Below, one piece after another: positions 35,732-44,931 of a DNA stretch of 64,000 nucleotides (its first letter is position 1; the number at the start of each line of letters is the position of its first letter). The DNA comes from Planctomycetia bacterium. Its GTDB lineage: Bacteria > Planctomycetota > Planctomycetia > Pirellulales > UBA1268. The notes beneath the pieces were generated by a model that saw only the letters and a program-made list of their open reading frames with translations, searched no databases and was not told where the DNA came from. The position numbers were made by a program, and so were the translations under genes. The stretch lies in NCBI GenBank assembly GCA_026401075.1, contig JAPLNQ010000266.1, forward strand, positions 2,972-66,971, in the 5' to 3' direction.

Positions 35732-38700
35732 ATGCAAGAGCCGCCGTATGCAGAGCTACACTGCCGGAGCAATTTCTCATTCCTGGAGGGCGGGTCGCAC
35801 CCCGAGGAATTGGTGGAGCGGGCCCATGCGCTCGGCTACGAGGCGATCGCCATCACCGATCGGGCCACGCTTGCCGGCATCGTGCGGGCGCACGGCACAG
35901 CCAGGCAGACAGGCATCAAGCTGATCATCGGGGCGCATCTGGAGCCGGTCGATGCCATGCCGCTGGTCGTGTGGGCAGCCAACCGCACAGGCTATTCCCA
36001 GCTCTGTCGGCTGCTGACGAGGGGCTATGCTGCTGCCGCGGGTGATGCTGGCGGTGCGGCGCGTGATCCAGGTGCGGATGCGTGCCGGCTCTCGCTGGCC
36101 GATATTGCCGCCCACACCGATGGGCTGCTCGCGGGCGTGCCGCTGGCGGCGATCGCGGTAGCCGGCCTGAGGGATGCCGGCGGGCTGCGCGACGCCAGCG
36201 AAGCCGTCCTGCAGTGGCGGGAGGTGTTTGATGATCGGCTGGTGGCGTTGGCCGAGGTGGCACTCGAAGGGGACGATGAAGAACGTCTGCAGTGGTATGC
36301 GGCGGTGGGCCGCCAGACGCGGGTGCCGCTCGTGGCGGCGGGCGATATCCGCTACCACAAACGCTCCCGACTGCCGCTCTTCGACGCCCTCACCGCCGTC
36401 CGCCACGGCTGCACGGTGGAGGAGGTGCGCGGCCGGCTGCTCTCCAACGGCGAGCGGCATCTGCACGAACGCCGGACAATTGCCTCGCGGTTTGCCACGC
36501 TTGCGGGGGCCGTCGAGCGGTCGGTGGAGATTGCGAGGCAGTGCACGTTTTCGCTCGCCGAACTGCGGTATGAATATCCCGATGCCAACGTGCCCGCAGG
36601 CCGCACGCCAGCAGAGCATCTGGCGGACCTGGCCTGGCGGGGAGCGGCGAAGCGGTATGCCAACGGCATTCCCGGCGGTATTCCCGAGAAGGTGCGGTCG
36701 CTCATCGAGCACGAGCTTGCGCTCGTCGCCGAACTTGGCTACGAGGCCTACTTCCTCACCGTCTTCGACATCGTGCGGTTTGCCCGCCGCCGCGGCATCC
36801 TCTGCCAGGGTCGAGGGTCGGCGGCCAACTCCGCCATCTGCTACTGCCTCGGGATCACGTCGGTCGATCCGGCCCGCATGGACGTGCTCTTCGAGCGGTT
36901 CATCAGTCGCGAACGCTGCGAGGCGCCCGACATCGACATCGACTTCGAGCATGAGCGCCGCGAGGAGGTGATCCAGTATGTTTACGAGACCTACGGCCGC
37001 AGCCGGGCGGCAATGACGGCCGAGGTGATCTCCTATCGGCTACGGTCGGCGGTACGGGATCTCGCCAAGGCGCTCGGTCTCTCCCTCGATCGCGTGGAGA
37101 AAATTGCCGGCGTGCTCGATGTGGGGGATGGCGTGGAGGAATTGCCGCAGCGGCTGGCCGAGGCCGGGCTCGACCCAGCCGACGACACCTGCACGCGGCT
37201 CACGACGCTCGTCGGCCAGCTTGTCGGCTTTCCCCGTCATCTGGGGCAGCATGTGGGCGGCATGGTGATGACACGTGCTTCCTCCGGTGGGCTGCGTGGC
37301 GACCTCTGTGATCTCGTGCCAGTCCAGCCCGCCGCGATGGATGGCCGCACCATCATCCAGTGGGATAAGAACGACCTCGATGAGTTGGGCATTCTCAAGG
37401 TCGATTGCCTGGCGCTCGGCATGCTCTCCTGCATCCGTCGGGCGTTCGATCTGATCGAGGCAGCAGGCGGGCCGAAGCTGACGCTGGCGACGGTGCCGGC
37501 GGAAGACCCTGCCGTCTATGAGATGATCTCGCGGGCCGACACGGTGGGCGTGTTCCAGATCGAGAGACGGGCGCAGATGAGCATGCTGCCCCGGCTGAAG
37601 CCGGCCTGTTTCTACGACCTCGTCATCGAGGTGGCGATCGTGCGGCCTGGGCCGATCCAGGGTGACATGGTGCATCCCTATCTCCGCCGTCGCGCGGGCG
37701 AGGAACCGGTGACGTTTCCGAACGAGGCTATTCGCGCGGTCCTCGAGAAGACGCTCGGCGTGCCGCTCTTCCAGGAGCAGGCGATGCGCCTGGCCGTCGT
37801 GGCGGCCGGCTTCACGCCCGGCGAGGCTGATCAGCTCCGCCGTGCCATGGGGGCCTGGCGGCGGCCGGGAGTGATCGACGAGTTTCACAGGAAACTGGTC
37901 GACGGCATGCGCGCCCGCGGCCTTTCGCAACAGTTTGCCGAGCAGGTGTTTCAGCAGATCCGCGGCTTCGGCGAATACGGCTTTCCGGAGTCGCATGCGG
38001 CGAGCTTCGCCCTGTTGGTCTACGTGTCGGCATGGCTGAAGCGACACCATCCGGCCGCCTTCACGGCCGCCCTGCTCGGCAGCCAGCCGATGGGGTTTTA
38101 CGCGCCGGCGCAGTTGGTGCGTGATGCCAAGGAGCATGGCGTGCGGGTGCTGCCTGTCGATGTGAATGCCAGCGGGTGGCACGCGCGGCTGGACGTGGAT
38201 GGCAAGAGCGGAAAGCGGAAAGCGGAAAGCCAAGGGGCGGCAGGCCGGGGATCGTTCCGAATGCGGCGGCCGGAGCCGGCCGTACGTCTGGGATTGGAGC
38301 AGGTGTATGGCCTGGGTGAGGCGGCGGGCCGACGGATTGAGGAGGCACAACGGGCCGGACTATTCAGACTGCCGCACGAGCTGGCCCGGCGGGCGCAGCT
38401 CGATCGCGAATCGCTCCTGCACTTGGCCCGCGCCGGGGCGTTTGAGTCGCTGGGGCTCGATCGCCGCCGGGCCGTCTGGGAGGCGATGCGGTGCCTCGAC
38501 CGTCCGGAAAGTCAGCCACTGCTTCAAGGGCTACAGGACGAGAGCGACTCCGATGAAGAAGAGGATCTCCTCCTGCCCGAGATGACGCGGCAGGACGAAG
38601 TGATCGCCGACTATCGCACCTCTGGCCTCTCCCTCCGGTCTCATCCGCTCCACTTCGAACGCGACGCTTTGGCGGCGCGGGGAGTCATCACCACCGCCGA

Positions 38701-38998
38701 TGCTGGCGTGGCTCCGGAAGGCCGCCGCATCCAGGTGGCCGGCATCGTGCTCACAAAGCAGCGGCCCGGCACGGCCGGAGGGATGATCTTCCTGACGATC
38801 GAGGATGAAACCGGTGCGGCCAACATCGTGGTGCGGCCCGATGTCTGGCAGGCGGCCGATCATGCCGTCCGCCGCGCGGCGGTGCTCGTCGTGCACGGCA
38901 GAATCCAACGCCGCGGCCAGGTCGTGCACATCCTGGCAACGACCCTCGAGCCGCTCACCCTCGCCACGCTGCCGCGAATGTCACGCGATTTCTGCTAG
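35732..38998 (+). CDS. dnaE2: error-prone DNA polymerase III alpha-like subunit DnaE2 (ImuC)
   Basis: ATG at 35732 follows GGAAGGAGAG. The PHP domain shows YAELHCRSNFSFLEGGSHPEELV. The polymerase core shows GILKVDCLALGMLS, VFQIERRAQMSMLPRLKP and VAIVRPGPIQGDMVHPYLRRR. An OB-fold region lies at the C-terminus. Confidence 0.92.
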   Translation: MQEPPYAELHCRSNFSFLEGGSHPEELVERAHALGYEAIAITDRATLAGIVRAHGTARQTGIKLIIGAHLEPVDAMPLVVWAANRTGYSQLCRLLTRGYAAAAGDAGGAARDPGADACRLSLADIAAHTDGLLAGVPLAAIAVAGLRDAGGLRDASEAVLQWREVFDDRLVALAEVALEGDDEERLQWYAAVGRQTRVPLVAAGDIRYHKRSRLPLFDALTAVRHGCTVEEVRGRLLSNGERHLHERRTIASRFATLAGAVERSVEIARQCTFSLAELRYEYPDANVPAGRTPAEHLADLAWRGAAKRYANGIPGGIPEKVRSLIEHELALVAELGYEAYFLTVFDIVRFARRRGILCQGRGSAANSAICYCLGITSVDPARMDVLFERFISRERCEAPDIDIDFEHERREEVIQYVYETYGRSRAAMTAEVISYRLRSAVRDLAKALGLSLDRVEKIAGVLDVGDGVEELPQRLAEAGLDPADDTCTRLTTLVGQLVGFPRHLGQHVGGMVMTRASSGGLRGDLCDLVPVQPAAMDGRTIIQWDKNDLDELGILKVDCLALGMLSCIRRAFDLIEAAGGPKLTLATVPAEDPAVYEMISRADTVGVFQIERRAQMSMLPRLKPACFYDLVIEVAIVRPGPIQGDMVHPYLRRRAGEEPVTFPNEAIRAVLEKTLGVPLFQEQAMRLAVVAAGFTPGEADQLRRAMGAWRRPGVIDEFHRKLVDGMRARGLSQQFAEQVFQQIRGFGEYGFPESHAASFALLVYVSAWLKRHHPAAFTAALLGSQPMGFYAPAQLVRDAKEHGVRVLPVDVNASGWHARLDVDGKSGKRKAESQGAAGRGSFRMRRPEPAVRLGLEQVYGLGEAAGRRIEEAQRAGLFRLPHELARRAQLDRESLLHLARAGAFESLGLDRRRAVWEAMRCLDRPESQPLLQGLQDESDSDEEEDLLLPEMTRQDEVIADYRTSGLSLRSHPLHFERDALAARGVITTADAGVAPEGRRIQVAGIVLTKQRPGTAGGMIFLTIEDETGAANIVVRPDVWQAADHAVRRAAVLVVHGRIQRRGQVVHILATTLEPLTLATLPRMSRDFC

Positions 38999-39030
38999 CT
39001 TTGCGAAAAACACGTTATCGTGTGCGTACC

Positions 39031-39112
39031 GTGTCCCCCGTGGCGGCAAGTTTTCAACTTGTCCGTGTCCCGTGTCCCCCGTGGCGGCAAGTTTTCAACT
39101 TGTCCGTGTCCC
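39031..39112. repeat. perfect 41-bp tandem duplication (GTGTCCCCCGTGGCGGCAAGTTTTCAACTTGTCCGTGTCCC x2)
   Basis: Read directly: unit 1 is 39031-39071 and unit 2 is 39072-39112, and they are identical. Each unit contains the small hairpin CAAGTT-TTC-AACTTG. The repeat lies between the dnaE2 stop and purC. Confidence 0.95.
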
Positions 39113-39254
39113 GTCATCGATTCCACAAGTTAAAAACTCGTGGCCACGGGTCTATTCCTCCGGCCACATCCCACGCCGCCAATGGCGGTGTGCCGAATCG
39201 GCCCGGTCGCTTCTGGAACTGGACGGGGCCGGGATTTGCCTTACAAAAGCAGTC

Positions 39255-40169
39255 ATGACATCCTCAGCCGTCACGGAAACGAATCTCGGCATCGGCCCGC
39301 TCTATCGCGGCAAGGTCCGCGATTGCTACCGCCTTGACCACTCGGCGTTTGGTCCCGCGATGCTCATCGTCAGCACCGACCGGATCAGCGCCTTCGACTG
39401 GATCCTGCCCACGCCCATTCCCGACAAGGGCAAGGTGCTCACCGCGATCTCGGCCTTCTGGTTCGGCTGGCTCGCGTCCGGTCCGCACCCGCAGGCCCAT
39501 CATCTGCTCACGACCGACGTCGATGCCATGGGCCTGCCGGCCTCGGTCGATCGCGAACTGCTGCGCGGCCGCTCGATGCTCGTGCGCCAGGCCGAAGTGA
39601 TTCCTTTCGAGTGCGTGGTCCGCGGCTGGCTCGCCGGATCGGGACTCACCGAATATCGTCGCAGCGGCACCGTCTGCGGTGTGCCACTGCCTGCCGGCCT
39701 CGGCGCAGGATCGCCGCTGCCGGAGCCGATCTTCACGCCGGCGACCAAGGCTGTGACCGGACACGACGAGAACGTGTCGTTCGAAATGATGGCCGACCGC
39801 ATCGGTGGCCCGTTGGCATCAACGCTCCGCGAGAAGAGCCTCGACGTGTTTCGCCGCGGTGCCGAGTATGCCGCCTCCCGCGGCATCGTCGTCGCCGACA
39901 CGAAGTTCGAATGGGGCCGGCTGCCCGACGGCTCGCTGCTCCTGGTGGACGAGGTGCTCACGCCCGACAGTTCCCGGTTCTGGCCGGACGACGGACTCAT
40001 CCCGGGCCGCGTTCCCGACTCCTTCGACAAGCAGTTTGTGCGGGATTGGCTCGAGTCGAGCGGCTGGGACAAATCGAGCACCCCCCCCGCTCTTCCGGCC
40101 GATGTCGTCGCCAAGACACGGGAAAAGTACCTGGACGCCTGCCGCCTGCTCACTGGCCGGGTGCCGTAA
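39255..40169 (+). CDS. purC: phosphoribosylaminoimidazole-succinocarboxamide (SAICAR) synthase
   Basis: Part of ORF 38805..40169. ATG at 39255 gives MTSSAVTETNLGIGPLYRGKVRDCY...IVSTDRISAFD, followed by VVADTKFEWG. Confidence 0.92.
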   Translation: MTSSAVTETNLGIGPLYRGKVRDCYRLDHSAFGPAMLIVSTDRISAFDWILPTPIPDKGKVLTAISAFWFGWLASGPHPQAHHLLTTDVDAMGLPASVDRELLRGRSMLVRQAEVIPFECVVRGWLAGSGLTEYRRSGTVCGVPLPAGLGAGSPLPEPIFTPATKAVTGHDENVSFEMMADRIGGPLASTLREKSLDVFRRGAEYAASRGIVVADTKFEWGRLPDGSLLLVDEVLTPDSSRFWPDDGLIPGRVPDSFDKQFVRDWLESSGWDKSSTPPALPADVVAKTREKYLDACRLLTGRVP

Positions 40170-40318
40170 GCCGGTCGTCGGCCTGTCCTCCTCGCAGCAC
40201 TTTTTCTGGCGGGTTTCTGGCCTAGGGGGGCGTGCCTGCCGAAATTAGACTCAATGGCGACTGTTCACGCCGGGCCGCCCCTTCCCTGCCACCGACACTT
40301 CTTCGTAGAAGCCTTCCT

Positions 40319-41458
40319 ATGCTGCGTTATTGGACCGCCGGAGAATCGCACGGCCCTGCTCTCGTGGCCCTCGTCGACGGGTTTCCGGCCGGCATGGCCG
40401 TCGACAAGGCATTGATCGATGCGGAACTCGTCCGCCGGCAGGGTGGCTATGGCCGCGGCGGCCGGCAGCGGATTGAGACCGACGCCGTCACCTTTCTCTC
40501 GGGCCTCTGGCATGGCACCACGCTCGGCAGTCCGTTGGCACTCGAAGTCGTCAACAAAGACACCAAGCTCGAGCGGCTCGAGGACGTTGACCGGCCGCGA
40601 CCCGGCCATGCCGACCTTCCCGGTGCCGTCAAGCATCTTGGCAGCGTCCGCGCGGTGCTGGAACGCGCGAGCGCCCGCGAGACCGCTGCCCGCGTGGCCG
40701 CCGGTGCACTGGCCCGTCAGTTGCTTGCTGTCTTCGGCATCGAAGTCGCCGGCTGGGTCACGGAACTTGGCGGCGTGGTGCTCGGCGACCGTGCTGGCAC
40801 GCTGCCAGAGCTGCGGACCCTCCGCGACTCAAGCGCCATTTATTCGTTGCATCCCGAACGCGACGCCGAGGTGACCGAACTCATCGACCGCATCGGCAAG
40901 GAGGGCGACACGCTCGGTGGCGTGGTGGAGGTGCGGGTCGACGGGCTGCCCATCGGCCTGGGCACGCACGCCCAGTGGGATCGCAAACTCGACGGCCGGC
41001 TCGCGCAGGCCGTGATGGCCGTGCAGGCGATCAAGGGCGTGGAAATCGGAATGGGCTTTGAAGCGGCCCGGCGCCGCGGCTCCGAGGTGCATGATCCGAT
41101 TCACTACGACGAGGCAGCCCGCAGCGGCACGCAGCTCGGCTTCACCCGGCCCACCAATAATGCAGGTGGCCTCGAAGCGGGCATGACCAATGGCCAGCCG
41201 CTCGTGGTGAGGGCCGCGATGAAGCCGATCAGCACGCTGCGGAAGCCGCTGGAGTCGGTGAACCTCAAAACAAAGCAGGCCGAGGAGGCCGCCTATGAGC
41301 GGAGCGATGTCTGTGCGGTCAGTGCCTGCAGCGTGATCGTGGAGAGCGTCGTTGCCTTTGAGATCGCGGCGGCCTTGGTGGACAAGTTCGGCGGTGACAG
41401 CATCGAAGAGATGCGGGCACGGTGGAAGCTCTACCACGACATGGCGCGGAGCCGGTAG
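40319..41458 (+). CDS. aroC: chorismate synthase
   Basis: Part of ORF 40232..41458. ATG at 40319 gives MLRYWTAGESHGPALVALVDGFPAG, followed by RRQGGYGRGGRQRIE and ERASARETAARVAAG. Confidence 0.93.
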   Translation: MLRYWTAGESHGPALVALVDGFPAGMAVDKALIDAELVRRQGGYGRGGRQRIETDAVTFLSGLWHGTTLGSPLALEVVNKDTKLERLEDVDRPRPGHADLPGAVKHLGSVRAVLERASARETAARVAAGALARQLLAVFGIEVAGWVTELGGVVLGDRAGTLPELRTLRDSSAIYSLHPERDAEVTELIDRIGKEGDTLGGVVEVRVDGLPIGLGTHAQWDRKLDGRLAQAVMAVQAIKGVEIGMGFEAARRRGSEVHDPIHYDEAARSGTQLGFTRPTNNAGGLEAGMTNGQPLVVRAAMKPISTLRKPLESVNLKTKQAEEAAYERSDVCAVSACSVIVESVVAFEIAAALVDKFGGDSIEEMRARWKLYHDMARSR

Positions 41459-41539
41459 CGGCCTCGTGAGGCAACAGACTGGCGGGTCGCGGGACGCGAT
41501 TCGGTTTCTGGCAGGGAACAGGTCCGGCAGGGAACAGGG

Positions 41540-42958
41540 ATGTTCATCGAACGGTCGGCAGCACGGATTCGGCTGATGCGCACGCTTTTCGTGCTGCTTG
41601 CGGTCTTGCCCTGCGCAGGCCTGTGCGGCTGGGCCGCGGTGAGGCATTCCGACGTCCATCGTGAGGCGATGGAGCGGCGCTTTGAACAGGTGATCGGCCT
41701 GCCGCTGCAGATCGGCAGCATCGAATATGTGAGGCCCAACGCCATGCGGCTGCGCGACTGCCGGCTGTCGACGCCGTCGGGCGCGGTGGTGTTGGTGGCA
41801 CCGGCGATCGAGGTCGAATCCCTGGCCAGTGAATTCCGGGTGACGCTCGGAAGGCTTGACTGCACGCCGGAGTTGGCCCGTGTGCTGGCTGGCCTGGCGG
41901 GCGAGTGGCTGCGGCAACCAGCCCGATTTCCGCTGGACTGCGTCGTGGATGTGGACGACTTCTCCTGGCGGCAACGCCCGCCTGCTGCGGCTCGTGGCCC
42001 CCAGGCCGAGGATCCGCTGCCGGCTGGTGGGCATGCCAGATCGCTGCATGTTGAGTGCGTCGCGGCCAACGGTTCCCGAGCCGTCCGCGTGCGGCGGAAT
42101 TCCGCCGGTGGCGCGGCTGGCGACGAGGTTCGCGTCGTAGCGGGACGGCTCGCGGGCACCGACAGTGGGAATGCGCCCACGGAGCCGGAGGCGGTTCGGC
42201 CGTGGGAGCAATTCGACGAGGGAAGTCTCGAGGTCCACGGCACCATCGTGGAGCCCTTGCCAGTCACCATGCTCGAAACGCTGGCCGGCCTGGAGGCGGG
42301 CACGTTGCCGCTGGGCGAGGAAGCCGTGGTGAGCGGAGCCGTCACGGCGGTGCTCGATCCTGGGCGGTCGAGTGGTTCAGCGAGTGGGCGAATCGACCGG
42401 ATTGATCTCGCTGCGGCCAGTCTCCATTTGCCCCACAGGGGCGCGGGGGAGTTGTTGCTGGCGATCGACCGGCTCGAGTGGAACCAGGGCAAGATCACGG
42501 CATGTGAATGCCAGTGTTCGGTCTCTCGCGGCCGCGTGGGGCAACGTCTGCTCGACGCATTCGTGTCGGTGCTCGGCTGTCGTCCGGGGCCGGCCTACCG
42601 CTCGCTGGCCCGAGAAGAAGTGAGGAGCTTTGACGATGTGGCGGCGGTCCTGCGGATCGACTCCGCCGGGATCGATCTTCGTGCCGCGCCGGGGCGGACT
42701 GGCTCCCTGGCCAGGATCCAAGGGCTTTCGATCCTCGATGAACCGCTGACGCCGGCGCCGCTCGACCGAATGGCCTGGCTTCTTTCGCCCCCAGGCACCG
42801 TGGCCGTGCCGGCGTCCAAGGCCACCGCCTGGCTGCTCCGGTTCTTCACCATCGACGCCCCTGTCGGGCCGGTCGGCGCAGGGGAGGCAGGCGGCGGCGA
42901 ATTTTCCGGCAGCTCGCCGGTTCAAGCTGGGCGACCGCTGCAACGCAGGGGATTTTGA
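41540..42958 (+). CDS. membrane-anchored hypothetical protein
   Basis: ORF 41540..42958 starts at ATG. It has an N-terminal anchor (RLMRTLFVLLAVLPCAGLCGWAAV) and no recognisable catalytic motifs. Codon bias matches the neighbouring genes. Confidence 0.5.
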   Translation: MFIERSAARIRLMRTLFVLLAVLPCAGLCGWAAVRHSDVHREAMERRFEQVIGLPLQIGSIEYVRPNAMRLRDCRLSTPSGAVVLVAPAIEVESLASEFRVTLGRLDCTPELARVLAGLAGEWLRQPARFPLDCVVDVDDFSWRQRPPAAARGPQAEDPLPAGGHARSLHVECVAANGSRAVRVRRNSAGGAAGDEVRVVAGRLAGTDSGNAPTEPEAVRPWEQFDEGSLEVHGTIVEPLPVTMLETLAGLEAGTLPLGEEAVVSGAVTAVLDPGRSSGSASGRIDRIDLAAASLHLPHRGAGELLLAIDRLEWNQGKITACECQCSVSRGRVGQRLLDAFVSVLGCRPGPAYRSLAREEVRSFDDVAAVLRIDSAGIDLRAAPGRTGSLARIQGLSILDEPLTPAPLDRMAWLLSPPGTVAVPASKATAWLLRFFTIDAPVGPVGAGEAGGGEFSGSSPVQAGRPLQRRGF

Positions 42959-43169
42959 CCCAGTTTTGACACTGGGCGGACACTGGGCTGACCGGCGAGA
43001 CTGGCAAGTCTGACGAAATACGTCACAGTATGCGACGCCAGCTGATCGCTGGCTCTTGCGATCCGCCGCGAACGCAGGCCGTCTCCCCCATGCGACTTCT
43101 TGCATGACCGAGTCGGGTCCGTTCGGGCGGTCACGTCAGGATGATCGTGCGGCCTCGCGAAAGGAAACG

Positions 43170-44258
43170 ATGATGCCCTCAACTCCCACTCGCCACCGGA
43201 AGAGCGTTCACCACAAAGCAGCCCAGCGGGCTGAGCATTCTGGCATTTCCCAGTCGGGTATCGAGTCGGATCTCGATGCCACAGCCGTGGTTGATGCAAG
43301 AGCGGACGAGCGTCAGTTTGGGAGGTCTGCCGTGCACGACCCCAGGGAGTGTGACGAGACGGGCTCGCACGATCTCGCCGTGGAGCCGCGACAGGATGGC
43401 GTCGGGGCTGTGAGCGGGCTTGATTGGCCTGTGTTGATCTGGATCGTGGGCGTGCATCTGGCGGCCCTGACGGCACCATTCTGCTTCTCGTGGTCGGGCT
43501 TGGCGATCTGCCTGACGCTGTATTACGTGACGGGAAGTTTTGGCGTCTGCATGGGCTACCACCGGCTGCTCACGCACGGCAGCTTTGCCACGTCGCAGCC
43601 CGTCCGGATGTTCTTTGCATGGTTGGGTGGCGTGTCGGGCGAGGGTTCGGCGCTCCTCTGGGTGGCGAATCATCGCAAGCATCATGCGTTCAGCGACCAG
43701 GATGGCGATCCTCATACGCCGCGCGATGGCGGACTGTGGTCCCACATCCTGTGGATGTTTCCGAATCGCACCCCCGCGGAACTGGCGGCCCACATCAGTC
43801 GTTGGGCCCCAGATCTTGATCGCGAACGCGGCCTGCATTTCCTGCAAAACACGTTTCTGTTGTGGCATGTCCTCATCGGGTCGGCGTTGATGGCTGGAGG
43901 CTGGTTGCTGGGTGGACCGCAGCTGGGCATCTCGTGGCTGGTCTGGGGACTCGCCCTGCGGATGGTGATCGTGTTCCACGTCACCTGGCTGGTGAACTCG
44001 GCGAGCCACATGTGGGGATATCGCAACTACGAGACGACTGACGATTCCCGTAATCTGTGGTGGGTGGGGCTGCTGGCCTTCGGTGAGGGCTGGCACAACA
44101 ACCACCATGCCTATCAGCGGATGGCGAGGCATGGACACCGCTGGTGGGAGTTCGACGCCACATATCTTGGCATCCTCACGCTCGAAAAGCTGGGGCTGGC
44201 CTGGAACGTGGTGCATACCCCGTATGGGAAAAACAGCCGCGAAAAGGCAGCGAATTGA
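43170..44258 (+). CDS. acyl-CoA (delta-9-type) fatty acid desaturase
   Basis: The three His boxes are HRLLTH, HRKHHAFSD and HNNHHA, with four hydrophobic helices. The start at ATG 43170 (after AAGGAAACG) is preferred over 43056, but it is uncertain. Confidence 0.85.
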   Translation: MMPSTPTRHRKSVHHKAAQRAEHSGISQSGIESDLDATAVVDARADERQFGRSAVHDPRECDETGSHDLAVEPRQDGVGAVSGLDWPVLIWIVGVHLAALTAPFCFSWSGLAICLTLYYVTGSFGVCMGYHRLLTHGSFATSQPVRMFFAWLGGVSGEGSALLWVANHRKHHAFSDQDGDPHTPRDGGLWSHILWMFPNRTPAELAAHISRWAPDLDRERGLHFLQNTFLLWHVLIGSALMAGGWLLGGPQLGISWLVWGLALRMVIVFHVTWLVNSASHMWGYRNYETTDDSRNLWWVGLLAFGEGWHNNHHAYQRMARHGHRWWEFDATYLGILTLEKLGLAWNVVHTPYGKNSREKAAN

Positions 44259-44379
44259 CCCCTGTCCGGAGTGGATTTGGCGGCTCCTGTTGCAATCTCC
44301 ACAAGCCTCGATACACTTCGCGTAACCAAACCTCATTTCAACAATCAATGCCGCCCGTGGACGGGTGGATTTAGGCTCG

Positions 44380-44649
44380 ATGACGCTTACAAAAGAACGC
44401 AAAAACGAGCTGATTGGTGCCTATCGGCGAGGGACTGCCGACACCGGATCAGCCGAGATTCAGATCGCCCTTTTGTCAGGGCGTATTTCGCATCTCACGG
44501 ATCACTTCAAGAAGCATTCCAAGGATTTCGCTAGTCGCCGCGGTCTGCTCATGATGGTGAGCCGTCGACGCCAACTTCTTGATTACCTCAAGCGAGTCGC
44601 TCCGCAGCGGTATCTCGACGTCATTCGGCGGTTGGAGATTCGCAAGTAG
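44380..44649 (+). CDS. rpsO: 30S ribosomal protein S15
   Basis: ATG at 44380 gives [17 protein letters not shown]...[48 protein letters not shown], 89 aa in total. Confidence 0.95.
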   Translation: MTLTKERKNELIGAYRRGTADTGSAEIQIALLSGRISHLTDHFKKHSKDFASRRGLLMMVSRRRQLLDYLKRVAPQRYLDVIRRLEIRK

Positions 44650-44931
44650 GCGTTCTGCCTGTCGCCCGTCGGCGCGTGGCATTGATTGATGAGGTTCGCT
44701 CCCAGGCTATCCCTTGTCCGGGTGATCGTATTGGGCCGTCGTGGCTCGGTGTGATCTGGAGGGGTGTCTGGTGGTGTGGCCGTCCGTCATCAATCCAAAA
44801 CCTCGAGCTGCGATGTTTGAAGTATGGCCCCGTTCGTGGGCCGTTCCCCCGGGAATCGTTCCTGGGCGCCGCCCGAGCGCAAGACCAACCGAAGACAAGA
44901 CCAAAAGGAAGAGAAGAAAAAGGAAGCAATC

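Noticed and set aside
39113-39254. ZTP (pfl) or other purine-related riboswitch upstream of purC
   Set aside because: I looked for the conserved GGGTCGTGACTGGCG and CCGCCTGGGCA cores and found neither.
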